From an uncultured delta proteobacterium (lineage in GTDB: Bacteria; Desulfobacterota; Binatia; DP-6), in assembly GCA_963815115.1 (NCBI GenBank), contig CAWFFN010000009.1:1184001-1248000 (forward strand): a stretch of DNA of 64,000 nt. Reading direction: 5' to 3'. Below, piece by piece: positions 30,110 to 39,507 of the stretch. Made by a program: the position numbers and the translations under genes. How positions within the stretch are numbered: the first letter of the stretch is position 1; each line of letters starts with the position of its first letter. Below the pieces are notes generated by a model, which saw nothing but the letters and a program-made list of their open reading frames with translations, did not search any database and had not been told where the DNA came from.

Positions 30110-30785
30110 CGGTCGCGCGAAGCCGCCGGAACTCGCGCGGCGCGAGGCCCGTCCAGCGTGCGAAGGCGCGCGCGAAATGGGCCGGATCGGAATACCCGAG
30201 GTCGAACGCGACCTCGATGACCTTGCAGGCTGGCTTCTCGAGCATCCGCTGCGCAACCTCGAAGCGGGCCCGCGCGACGACGCGCGCGTAGGTCACGCCC
30301 TCGTCGGACAGCCGACGCTGGAGCGTCCGGGCACTGAGCCGCATCATCTTGGCGACGGAACGGACGTCCGGGTAGCCGCCCGGGAGCAATCTGGTGACGA
30401 GCTGCTGCACGACGCCGCCGAGCCCGGGTGTTTCGCCCGCTCCCCCCGCCCGCGGTGACCGCCGGGCCTGCGGCAGCAGGTGACCGGGCATCGCTTCCGG
30501 ATCGCAGCCCATCGCCCGCTACTCGCTCTTGCCCGTGACGCCTTTGCCGCCCGGCCGCAGCTGCTCGACCCACGCGAGCCCGCGTGTTTCGGCGACGAGG
30601 TTGAACCGCAGCTCCGGGGGTGCCGCCAGGTCGATGACCAGCGACTCCAAGCGCAAGTTCACCTCGTCTCGAGGGCCCCCGCCCGCAGTGTCCGACGAAT
30701 CCGTCATCTCGGGCCAGGACCCCCCTGCGCCGCCCACCAGCTCGACGCCGAAGGAGTCCTTGGCCCATCGTACGATCTTAAGCAA
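30110..30785 (-). pseudogene. AraC-family regulator fragment (HTH_18); in-frame TAG at 30519-30521 and no nearby stop after the HTH
   Basis: SARTLQRRL...LGYSDPAHFARAFARWTG; ORFs 30519-30785 and 29751-30512 share a frame. Confidence 0.55.
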
Positions 30786-30900
30786 GCACCTTCGCCGCTA
30801 CGGACGCGACGGCTCGGCGTGTTTGCGAGATCGACGCGGGCGGGCACGCGTGTCGCGACATGGCAAGACGCGCGGAAAGCTGCTATCGGGAGCGCGGGTG

Positions 30901-32325
30901 GTGAGTCGGCCCCGACACGCGCTCTCGCTAGGCCTCATCGTACTGATGACGTGCGGACGCGCGCCGTCGCAGGCCTATTCGCAGCAGTCGTCCGCGCCTC
31001 CGCCCTCGGCGCAGCTCGACAAGCTGGTGGCGCCGATCGCCCTCTACCCCGATCCGCTCGTCGCCCAGATCCTGCCGGCGTCGACCTATCCGGTACAGGT
31101 GATCGAGGCCGACCGCGCCCTGGCGAGCGGCCAGCGGCCCGACAAAGCCACGGCCGCGCAGTGGGATCCGAGCATCCAGGCGCTCCTGTCGTACCCGACC
31201 GTGCTCAAGATGATGAACGACAAGATCAGCTGGACGACCCAGCTCGGCCAGGCCGTGGCCGCGAACCAGGGCGAGGTGATGGCCGCGATCCAGCACGTGC
31301 GCCGCGAGGCGCAGGCGGCCGGCAACCTGGCGTCGAACGACAAGCAGGTGGTGAACGTCCAGGGTAGCGGCGACGCGAGCACGATCGTCATCGAGCCCGC
31401 CAACCCCCAGGTGATCTACGTGCCCCAGTACAATCCGGTGGCGATCCTCGCCCCGCCGCCGCCGTACTACTACGGCGCGCCGGCATACGGGCTCCTGACC
31501 TTCGGCGCCGGCTTCGCCGCCGGGGCCGCGACCGCATACGCGTGCAACTGGGGATACTACGGCGGCTACGGCTCGGTCTCGGTCAACAACTACTACCACT
31601 ACAACCAGAACAACGTGTACCACTACAACTCCTCGACGGGCGCGCACGGCGTGTACAATTCCGCGACCGGCAACTCCGCCAGGTACGATCCGAAGACGGG
31701 GACCTACAGCGGCTACGATGCCAAGACCGGGACGTACGGCGCGTACAACCCGGCGACCGGGAAGTACGGCACGTACGACCCGTCGACCGGCAAGTACGAC
31801 AAGAACGGGACAACGGGCACGTACAAGGCCGGCTCGAACTACTCGACGTGGCATCCGCCCGCTTCATCGGAGGTCGGCCGTTCGGCCGACGACTACCGCG
31901 CGGGTCAGTACGGTGCGGGCGGCAGTCGTTACTCCGGTGGCGACCCCGCGAGCGGGAATCAGTTCGGCAGCGCCTCCGCCGGTGGCTCCCAGTACCGCGG
32001 CAGCGGCGGCGGTGGCACGGGCAGCGCCGGCACGCGCGACGGCGGGTCGCTCGGCGGCGGGGGGAGCGGCCTCGGCAGCCGGAGCTTCGCTGGTAACGGC
32101 GATCGCGGCTTCGGCGGTGGCTGGGGCGGTGGCCACGGCTTCGGCGACACCGGCTTCGGCGGCGGGGGAGATCGAGGCTACGGCGGTGGGGGAGGGTTCG
32201 GCGGTGACACGTTCCGCGGCATGGGCGGAGGCGGGTGGGGGGCCCGCGACGCCAGCTCGCGCGGCTTCGGCAGCTTCGGTGGTCGCGGCTTTGGCGGCGG
32301 CGGCTTCCGCGGCGGCCGCCGCTGA
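30901..32325 (+). CDS. DUF3300 protein with YDPxTG repeats and Gly-rich tail
   Basis: LVAPIALYPDPL, IYVPQYNP. Confidence 0.88.
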   Translation: MSRPRHALSLGLIVLMTCGRAPSQAYSQQSSAPPPSAQLDKLVAPIALYPDPLVAQILPASTYPVQVIEADRALASGQRPDKATAAQWDPSIQALLSYPTVLKMMNDKISWTTQLGQAVAANQGEVMAAIQHVRREAQAAGNLASNDKQVVNVQGSGDASTIVIEPANPQVIYVPQYNPVAILAPPPPYYYGAPAYGLLTFGAGFAAGAATAYACNWGYYGGYGSVSVNNYYHYNQNNVYHYNSSTGAHGVYNSATGNSARYDPKTGTYSGYDAKTGTYGAYNPATGKYGTYDPSTGKYDKNGTTGTYKAGSNYSTWHPPASSEVGRSADDYRAGQYGAGGSRYSGGDPASGNQFGSASAGGSQYRGSGGGGTGSAGTRDGGSLGGGGSGLGSRSFAGNGDRGFGGGWGGGHGFGDTGFGGGGDRGYGGGGGFGGDTFRGMGGGGWGARDASSRGFGSFGGRGFGGGGFRGGRR

Positions 32326-32338
32326 CCGGGTGGCTGCG

Positions 32339-33064
32339 ATGGCGATGGCAGACTTCACAAGACGGACTCGCATGCGGCTCTCGATCACGCCCGTGCTGCT
32401 CCTTCTGCCCGGCTGCGCGCCGCGAACTCCGCCGCCTGCACCCAGACCCCCTGCGACCGAGCAACGGTTCGCGGACCCGAAGGCGGCGGTCGACGCGCTG
32501 CTGGCCGCGTGTCGGACGGACGACGAGCCGGCGCTCCTCGCCATCTTCGGCGACGAAGCCCGGACCGTCGTGAGCACCGGCGATCCCGCGAGAGATCGCG
32601 ACCGCTGCCGGTTGCTCGTCGGTGCGGCGAAGCAGATGACGCGGCTCGACCCGAAAGGACCGGACACGCTCGAGCTCGTCGTCGGCTCGGATGACTTTCC
32701 GTTTCCCATCCCGCTCGTGAAGGACGAGCGCGGATGGAGGTTCGACACCGAGCAGGGAGCGCAGGAGGTTCTCCGGCGGCGGGTGGGTGCCGACGAGCTC
32801 GAAGCCATCTCCGTCTGCCGCGCATACGGACGGACCCGGCAGCCGCCCCCGGCATCGTGGTGGGGCTACAACTTTCGCGCCGCACAGGGAAAGGACGCGC
32901 TCGTCGCCTACCCCGTCGCGTACGGATCGACGGGCATCATGACGTTCGTCGCCGCCAGGGACGGGCGCGTGTACGAGAAGGACCTCGGCGACAAGACGAG
33001 CAAGATCGCGGGGGCGATGAAGGGCTACGAGCCCGACGCCGCGTGGAAGCTCGTCACCGACTGA
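32339..33064 (+). CDS. DUF2950 family protein (short form)
   Basis: FPFPIPLV...WRFDT, YGSTGIMTF, VYEKDLG. Confidence 0.85.
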   Translation: MAMADFTRRTRMRLSITPVLLLLPGCAPRTPPPAPRPPATEQRFADPKAAVDALLAACRTDDEPALLAIFGDEARTVVSTGDPARDRDRCRLLVGAAKQMTRLDPKGPDTLELVVGSDDFPFPIPLVKDERGWRFDTEQGAQEVLRRRVGADELEAISVCRAYGRTRQPPPASWWGYNFRAAQGKDALVAYPVAYGSTGIMTFVAARDGRVYEKDLGDKTSKIAGAMKGYEPDAAWKLVTD

Positions 33065-33142
33065 CTGCGGACGTCCGGCGGAGGCGGCCCGGTACGGCGG
33101 TGAGCGTCGCCGGCGGCGGGAACGGACCCAGGGAGGCGACGG

Positions 33143-34564
33143 ATGAGAATGAGGAGCTTGCTGCTGGCCGCGAGCGTCGCGACGATGCTGGCCGTGCCCG
33201 CGGTGCGGCAGGCCTCGGCGCTGACCACGGACGAGGCCGTTGCCGCCGCCACCGACGCCTACGTTTACGGCTATTCGCTCATCACCACCGAGGTGACACG
33301 GGTGCAGATGAGCAACGTCCCCGCGGGCGAAGAGCTACGCGGGCCGATGAACACGTTCGTGAATGTCAGGCGCTATCCGCCGGCGGACTACCGCGGTGTC
33401 TCCGCGCCCAACGCCGACACGCTGTATTCCTTGGCGTGGCTCGACCTGGCCGAGCCTCAGGTGTTCAGCCACCCCGACATGGGGAAGCGGTTCTATCTCT
33501 TCGAGATGGTCGATCTCTGGATGAACGTCTTCGACTCGCCCGGCACCCGCACGACCGGCGAAAAGGCCGCCACCTACCTCATCACCGGACCGGGCTGGAA
33601 GGGCGAGGTGCCGGCCGGGATGAAACACCTCCCGGTCCCGACCCGGTACATGGTCATTCTGGGCCGCACGTACGCCGACGGCACGGAGAAGGACTACGCC
33701 GCGGTCAACGCGCTGCAGGCGCAGTACACGATCACGCCGCTCTCCGCCTGGAAGAAACCCTACACCTACAAGGCACCCCCGGTGAACCCGAATCCGGGCT
33801 TCAGCATGACCGACAAGCCGCAGGAGGCGATCCTGGCCATGGGGACGGGGCCGTACTTCGACATGATGGCCAAGCTGATGGCCGGCACCGCGCCGCCCGC
33901 GCCCGCGGATGCGCCGATGGTCGCGCGCATGGCCACGCTCGGCATCGTGCCGGGCCAGCCGTTCGACATGGGCAAGCTCGATCCCGCGGTGCAGGCGGCG
34001 CTGAAGGCCCTCCCCAAGACGGCGCTCGAGAAGATCGAGGCGAGCAAGACCAAGAGCATGGGCGCCCTCGTGGACGGGTGGGTCATCTCGAAGGGCCTCG
34101 GCGTCTACGGAACCGACTACATGAAGCGCGCCGTCGTCGCCGCGTTCGGCTGGCCCGCCAACCTCGAGAAGGACGCGGTGTATCCCTACACCGAGGTGGA
34201 CGGCGAGGGACAGAAGCTGACCGGCGCCAGCAAGTACACGCTCACCTTCCCCAAGGGACAGACGCCGCCGGTGAACGGATTCTGGTCGATCACGATGTAC
34301 GAGATCGATCAGGGCTGGTGGTTCGTCCCCAATCCGCTGAACAAGTTCACGGTGAGCCAGCGCGACGGCCTCAAGTCAAACGCGGACGGCTCGGTGACGC
34401 TCTACTTCCAGAACGAGTCCCCCGGCAAGGACAAGGAGGCCAACTGGCTGCCCGCGCCGAAGGGTCCGTTCATCCCGATGCTGCGCATGTACTGGCCGAA
34501 GGAGAACCCGCCCTCGATCCTCAATGGTACGTGGAAGGTGCCGCGGATCGTGAAGGCGAGCTGA
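33143..34564 (+). CDS. DUF1254/DUF1214 protein
   Basis: PNADTLYSLAWLDL, FWSITMY, NWLPAP, LRMYWP. Confidence 0.92.
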   Translation: MRMRSLLLAASVATMLAVPAVRQASALTTDEAVAAATDAYVYGYSLITTEVTRVQMSNVPAGEELRGPMNTFVNVRRYPPADYRGVSAPNADTLYSLAWLDLAEPQVFSHPDMGKRFYLFEMVDLWMNVFDSPGTRTTGEKAATYLITGPGWKGEVPAGMKHLPVPTRYMVILGRTYADGTEKDYAAVNALQAQYTITPLSAWKKPYTYKAPPVNPNPGFSMTDKPQEAILAMGTGPYFDMMAKLMAGTAPPAPADAPMVARMATLGIVPGQPFDMGKLDPAVQAALKALPKTALEKIEASKTKSMGALVDGWVISKGLGVYGTDYMKRAVVAAFGWPANLEKDAVYPYTEVDGEGQKLTGASKYTLTFPKGQTPPVNGFWSITMYEIDQGWWFVPNPLNKFTVSQRDGLKSNADGSVTLYFQNESPGKDKEANWLPAPKGPFIPMLRMYWPKENPPSILNGTWKVPRIVKAS

Positions 34565-34577
34565 GTTCCTCGCCGCG

Positions 34578-36296
34578 CTAGGGAAGGTCGACTCGCCACG
34601 CCTCGCCGGCACCGAGCTGGCGCGACTCGTCCCGTTCTCCGTTCGTCCGGACGCGTACGGCCAGCGGCTCGCGCGCGGTGTTCTCGATCACGGCGCTGCC
34701 GCTCGGCGTCGTACGCCGGAGAACGAGGACGTTGTCCCACGCCGGACCGAGCCGCGCGCCGGACAGCGTGACCAGGAGCGGGCCGACGCGCGTCGCCGTC
34801 CGCTCGACCGGGGCCAGGGCCGGGCGATTGCTCACCAGGTAGAGGAAGGGTGCGCCCCGGTCGCTGGCGCGGCCCAGCTCGTATAGGGGTGCCGACTCCG
34901 TGTCGAGCGCGCGCTGCAGCCGGCCGAGGTGTGGCGTGACCACGAAGGCTGCAGCGCTCCCGCGGAGCAAAGCCGCCGCGTCGTCGACCGTGACCGTGGG
35001 CCGCATCGTGTTGAGCGCGAGCTGCATCGCGAACGGACTTCCGGCCACGTAGGTCAATGGAAAGTCGTCTCCGAGATCGGTCTGTACGGTGCGCGCGAGC
35101 TGCTGGAGGGCGATCGTCCTGCGCACCTGTGACTGATCGTAGGCGTTGTGATGATACTCGAGCACCGCGTACCCGAGCATGACGGCGATCACCGCCGCCG
35201 TCACGACCGTGAGCGTGCGTGCCGAGAGGGCGGCGGCGAGGCGATCGAGCTCGCGGCCGGCCAGCATCGCCGCGGGAGGAACCACCGGAGCAATCAGCCG
35301 GGCATGGCTGTGTGGCGAGAGGCAGAAGAGCAGCCAGCCGCCCGAGAGCCAGCAGAGCAGGAACCGCTCGAAGCGTCGCTCCTCGTCGTCGGGGGCGGGC
35401 TTCACGACGATGCGGCACGAGGCGATGATCGTGAACAGGCTCCAGGGGGCGAAGTTCCACACCAGGTCGCCCAGCGCCTTCGAGAATCGACTGCCCACGC
35501 GATGCTGCACCATGTGGCCGACGAACTCGCCCCACACCATGTTCTGGACGAGATGGGGACCGACCTGGCGGTACGCGAGCAGGAACCATCCCACGGTGAG
35601 GACCAGGAAGAGCGCGATCCCGATCGCATGTGAGCCCTGGAGCGGCTTCGATCGGCCCGTCCGGCGTTCCCAGACGACGGCGCCGAGCCCGAAGGCCGCC
35701 AGCAGGACGCCGAGAGGGCCCTTGGTCAGCGTCGCCGCCGCCGCCGCGAGCCAGAACACCGTCCAGCCGCCACCGCGCATCCAGGCGCGGAACGCGGCGA
35801 GCGCGGCGACGGTCACGGTCAGCGAGAAGAGCCCGTCCCAGCGGGCGGTCGCGATCTGCCACGCGCCGACGTGGGAGAGGAGATAAGCGAGCCCGCCGAA
35901 GAGCCCGGCCCGGCGCCCGAAGAACCGGCCGGAGGCGACGGTGATGAGCCATGCGATCGCGACGGTGGCCACCGCCGTCGGCAGGTAGAGCGTGAAAAGC
36001 GTGACGCGGCCGCCCGGCCAGCTCGCCAGCGCCGCCAGCCACGTGAGCATCGGTGGTTTGTCCGTGTTGCCCAGCACGTCGTGCGGGCAGAGCCAGTTGC
36101 CGTGCTGGAGAGCGTCCAGCACGCAGGCGCCGACGCGATACTCGTTCTCGAGCAGGTTCGGGGCGCCGGTGAGGCGGATCGCGAACAGGACGGCGCCGAC
36201 CAGCGCCAGCAGGAGCAGGTCCGGCAGTCGCGAGGTCGTCACGCCCGGCAGCGAGTGCCGATCCGGCGACTCGTTGAGACGTGTCGACGGCATCAC
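34578..36296 (-). CDS. GT-C glycosyltransferase (ArnT/PMT-like, GT39/83)
   Basis: DKPPML, LTKGPLG, multiple TM helices. Confidence 0.85.
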   Translation of the reverse strand: MMPSTRLNESPDRHSLPGVTTSRLPDLLLLALVGAVLFAIRLTGAPNLLENEYRVGACVLDALQHGNWLCPHDVLGNTDKPPMLTWLAALASWPGGRVTLFTLYLPTAVATVAIAWLITVASGRFFGRRAGLFGGLAYLLSHVGAWQIATARWDGLFSLTVTVAALAAFRAWMRGGGWTVFWLAAAAATLTKGPLGVLLAAFGLGAVVWERRTGRSKPLQGSHAIGIALFLVLTVGWFLLAYRQVGPHLVQNMVWGEFVGHMVQHRVGSRFSKALGDLVWNFAPWSLFTIIASCRIVVKPAPDDEERRFERFLLCWLSGGWLLFCLSPHSHARLIAPVVPPAAMLAGRELDRLAAALSARTLTVVTAAVIAVMLGYAVLEYHHNAYDQSQVRRTIALQQLARTVQTDLGDDFPLTYVAGSPFAMQLALNTMRPTVTVDDAAALLRGSAAAFVVTPHLGRLQRALDTESAPLYELGRASDRGAPFLYLVSNRPALAPVERTATRVGPLLVTLSGARLGPAWDNVLVLRRTTPSGSAVIENTAREPLAVRVRTNGERDESRQLGAGEAWRVDLP

Positions 36297-36315
36297 GGGA
36301 GCGCCGTGCGATCGC

Positions 36316-38172
36316 CTACGGGTACACCAGCACGCGGCCCTTCCGCCGCAGATTGGTCAGCGACAGCTTACCCGCCGAGCAATGCCCCCCGATCACGACG
36401 CCGATCTGGATGTTCTTCAGGTCCTCCCCGGTCAGGTCGAAGCCGGGCGCGGTGATCTTGAAGCCAGCGCTGCCCGTGCGGCGCACCACCAGCGACACGC
36501 AGGCGAGCGGCGGACAGATGCTGCGCTTCTGATCGAAGAAACCGAAATGCGCCGGGAAGTTCTTGGTCCAGAACTGGGAATCGATGGTGCAGCAGGACGT
36601 CTCCCCGCCCGTCTGGATGCCGATGTGCACGTCGTCCTGGCGCGGGTCGACGTCGGACCATCCGGAATTGGCGAGCACGCCGCTGATGACCAGGCGCCCG
36701 GTCGTCGAGCTGCCCTTCCTCGGCGTGAACCTGATGGACGTCACGCTCAGGTCATTGCAGGGCAGCGTCGTCGTGGTCGGAGACGCCGAGGTGGACGTCG
36801 AGCTGGGCGAGGTGGTGGTCGAGGACGAGGTCGTGCTCGATGTCGAGGTCGTCGTGGTGGTGGTCGTGCTGGTGGTCGAAGTCGAAGTGGTAGACGTGGT
36901 GCTGGTGGTTGACGTTGAGCTCGACGACGTCGTCTCGGACGACGTCGAGGTCGACGACGTCGAGGTCGAGGTGGTCGAGGTGGACGTCGTGGTCGAGGTG
37001 GAGGTGGTCGACGTGGTCGTGCTCGTCGTCGACGTCGTTGTCGTCGAGGTAGACGTCGTCGAGGTGGTCGTCGTGGTGGTGGTCGTTGTCGAGGTGGTCG
37101 TCGTCGAGGTGGTGGTGGAGGTCGTCGAGGTGGTGGACGTGGAGGTGGTCTCGGTCGTCGTCGTCGTGGGGATCACGGGTCCGAGCTGGCCGCTCACGTT
37201 GCCGACGTTGATGGCGTCCGCCACGAACGTTCCCCCGAGGTCGGCGCTCATGAGGTTCATCTGCGCGTTCATCATGGGGGCGCAGATCTGGGCGACGACG
37301 GTGGTCTTCGGGGCGAGGCCCCTGGATCCGACCACCCCGAAGCTACACTGCCTGGACTCCTGCCGGGTGATACTCCCGACGGCAGCGGGCTCGCCGCGGA
37401 AGACGAAGCTCGTGTTCGACGACCCCGAGATGTTCACCCCGAGGCCGTTGACCAGCACCCGGAGATCGGTCGGCGTCCCCTCGGCGTTGACGAGGGCGTT
37501 GGGCTGCACGTTGAACCTGTCCGTGACCAGCAGCGTGCTCGGCGCCACCGCCACCACGATGCTGCCGTTGTTCACGTCGACGTTGCAGAAGACGTACTCG
37601 CCGCCCTCGAGCATCAGCGTGCCACCGTTGATGGTGAGGTTGCCGTAGGTTCCCTCCGCGAGCGTCCGGACCGTTCCGGCATCCACGGTCACGGCTTCCG
37701 ATGAGCACTTCGGGAACGGACTGGGCAGGTTGCACACGTCGCTGGTCTTCAAATCGGGCACCAGCGGGGGCTGCGGAGAGGGGATGGGCCGCGCGGGCGT
37801 GCACTGCCCGGAGCCGTTTCCGGAGTTCGCGAAGAGCGCTGCGCACATCGACGGCTGGGTCAGATTCACCGTGGAGCCCGCGACGACGCCCTCCTGCTGG
37901 TTCAGCTGGACGGTGTTGTTGCCCTGCAGCGTGCCTCCGCTCTTGTTCACGCCGATCGAGCCGGTGATGATCTGGATCGAGTTGCTGACGTCGATCTTGC
38001 TCAGACCGAGGAGGACGTAGGCGTCCACCGTGTTCGGTGGTCGATCGGGAGCGGTCTGCGCCACGGCACGGTCGAGTCCGCCGAGCCCGAGCACGAGCAG
38101 TGTCAGCATGGCCTGAAACGCCCGCACCGAGGCGCCGACTGTCTTCGGTCTCACCCAGCCGTACCTCCGCAC
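36316..38172 (-). CDS. Secreted protein with long mucin-like Thr/Ser tract
   Basis: Signal peptide; beta-solenoid-like N-domain; about 130-aa T/S tract; Cys-containing C-domain. Confidence 0.8.
   Translation of the reverse strand: MRRYGWVRPKTVGASVRAFQAMLTLLVLGLGGLDRAVAQTAPDRPPNTVDAYVLLGLSKIDVSNSIQIITGSIGVNKSGGTLQGNNTVQLNQQEGVVAGSTVNLTQPSMCAALFANSGNGSGQCTPARPIPSPQPPLVPDLKTSDVCNLPSPFPKCSSEAVTVDAGTVRTLAEGTYGNLTINGGTLMLEGGEYVFCNVDVNNGSIVVAVAPSTLLVTDRFNVQPNALVNAEGTPTDLRVLVNGLGVNISGSSNTSFVFRGEPAAVGSITRQESRQCSFGVVGSRGLAPKTTVVAQICAPMMNAQMNLMSADLGGTFVADAINVGNVSGQLGPVIPTTTTTETTSTSTTSTTSTTTSTTTTSTTTTTTTTTSTTSTSTTTTSTTSTTTSTTSTSTTTSTSTTSTSTSSTSTSSETTSSSSTSTTSTTSTTSTSTTSTTTTTTTSTSSTTSSSTTTSPSSTSTSASPTTTTLPCNDLSVTSIRFTPRKGSSTTGRLVISGVLANSGWSDVDPRQDDVHIGIQTGGETSCCTIDSQFWTKNFPAHFGFFDQKRSICPPLACVSLVVRRTGSAGFKITAPGFDLTGEDLKNIQIGVVIGGHCSAGKLSLTNLRRKGRVLVYP
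36766..37168 (-). repeat. Low-complexity coding repeat (ACG/ACC/TCG, poly-Thr/Ser)
   Basis: gtcgtggtcgaggt-type repeats. Confidence 0.85.
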
Positions 38173-38262
38173 GCCATCTCTCGTCCCCCGCGATGCGCGC
38201 GTATCACCGCGCGCTCGTATACGCGAGCATCGACCGGCAGCTCGCAGCGCCGGTCGCTCGGG

Positions 38263-39405
38263 TCAAATGGGCAGCCGGAAGGCTCCCGCGTCCGCGCTCT
38301 GCCCGACCCCCGCGCGTGCGATCAGCTGGTCCTCGATCGGGATGCAGCGCTTGAGCTCGGGCATGACCTCGCCCGCGAAGAGGCGCATGCTCGCCTCGAC
38401 CAGGTCGTACGGCATCGCGCCGTAGCTGAACACGGCATTGAAGGCCTCGGCACCGGTGCGCTTCTGGATGTCGAGGATCTTCTCGTAGCACTGCTCGGGC
38501 GTGCCGGTGACCTGGAGGTTGACGAAGAAGTCGGTCATGGCGTCCACGCCGCCCGGCTGGCTCACCATCTCCTGCATCTTTCCGTACGACTCGTAGCCGC
38601 GCATCTTCGTCAGGTGGTCGCCGATCAGCTCGTAGTGGCTGACCACCGACCTCCAGTACTCCCCGACGTAGCGATGGCCGTACTCGGCGGCGCGATCGGG
38701 ATTCTCGTCGCAGTACACCCAGGCCCCGACGATGGGTGGGGGCGCGTCGGTACCGTTCACGTCGCGATAGATGGTGCGGTAGGCGTTCAGCTCCTCGGCC
38801 ACCATGTCCCACGGCTTCTGTGGGATGATGAGCAGGCCGATCCCGAGACGCGCCATGATCTCCGAGGACTCGGGCGACACGGCAGCCGCAAAGGTGCGCC
38901 CGCGGAACGACTTGAAGGGGCGCGGGCGCAGCTCGCGCCGGGGCTGCTTGACGAACTTGCCGTCGAACTCGCAGTAGCCGTGCTCGAGGCCCTGCAGCAG
39001 CATCTGCGTCGCCTCGACGAAGATCGCGCGGCTGTCGCCCTGGTTCACGCGGAAGCCCTCGAACTCGACCCTCCCCAGCCCCCGCCCGATGCCGAGGATC
39101 AGCCGTCCGTTCGACACGTGGTCGAGCATGACGATCTCCTCGGCGACGCGCAGCGGGTCGTGCCAGGGCAGGACGACGACCATCGAGCCGAGCTGGATGT
39201 GCTGCGTCCGTCCCGCGAAGTAGGTGAGGTACTGCAGGACGTTCGGACACATGGTGTAGTCCGTGAAGTGGTGCTCGACGCCCCACAGCGACTCGAATCC
39301 GAGGGGCTCGGCGAAGTCGGCGAAGCGGAGCTCGTTGCGGTAGACGTTGCGGTCGGTCCGCCCTTCGCCCTGACCCTGGAAGATCACTCCCATTCCGACG
39401 TGCAT
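38263..39405 (-). CDS. LLM-class flavin-dependent oxidoreductase
   Basis: GFESLWGVEHHF, PLRVAEEIVMLD, GRLILGIGRG. Confidence 0.92.
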   Translation of the reverse strand: MHVGMGVIFQGQGEGRTDRNVYRNELRFADFAEPLGFESLWGVEHHFTDYTMCPNVLQYLTYFAGRTQHIQLGSMVVVLPWHDPLRVAEEIVMLDHVSNGRLILGIGRGLGRVEFEGFRVNQGDSRAIFVEATQMLLQGLEHGYCEFDGKFVKQPRRELRPRPFKSFRGRTFAAAVSPESSEIMARLGIGLLIIPQKPWDMVAEELNAYRTIYRDVNGTDAPPPIVGAWVYCDENPDRAAEYGHRYVGEYWRSVVSHYELIGDHLTKMRGYESYGKMQEMVSQPGGVDAMTDFFVNLQVTGTPEQCYEKILDIQKRTGAEAFNAVFSYGAMPYDLVEASMRLFAGEVMPELKRCIPIEDQLIARAGVGQSADAGAFRLPI

Positions 39406-39507
39406 GGTGGGCTCCTCCGTGGTGAGGCTATCCAACGTGCCCGGCCTTTGCCAGCCGATCCCGCCACGTCTTGCTCGCTCGGCGGCTCGTGGCCTATGAC
39501 GATCGTC

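Noticed and set aside
30519-30521. Pyrrolysine or programmed TAG readthrough
   Set aside because: No supporting context; a nonsense mutation or two separate ORFs is simpler.
36563-37648. Val-rich plus-strand ORF and possible repeat array
   Set aside because: Antisense shadow of the poly-Thr/Ser coding tract.
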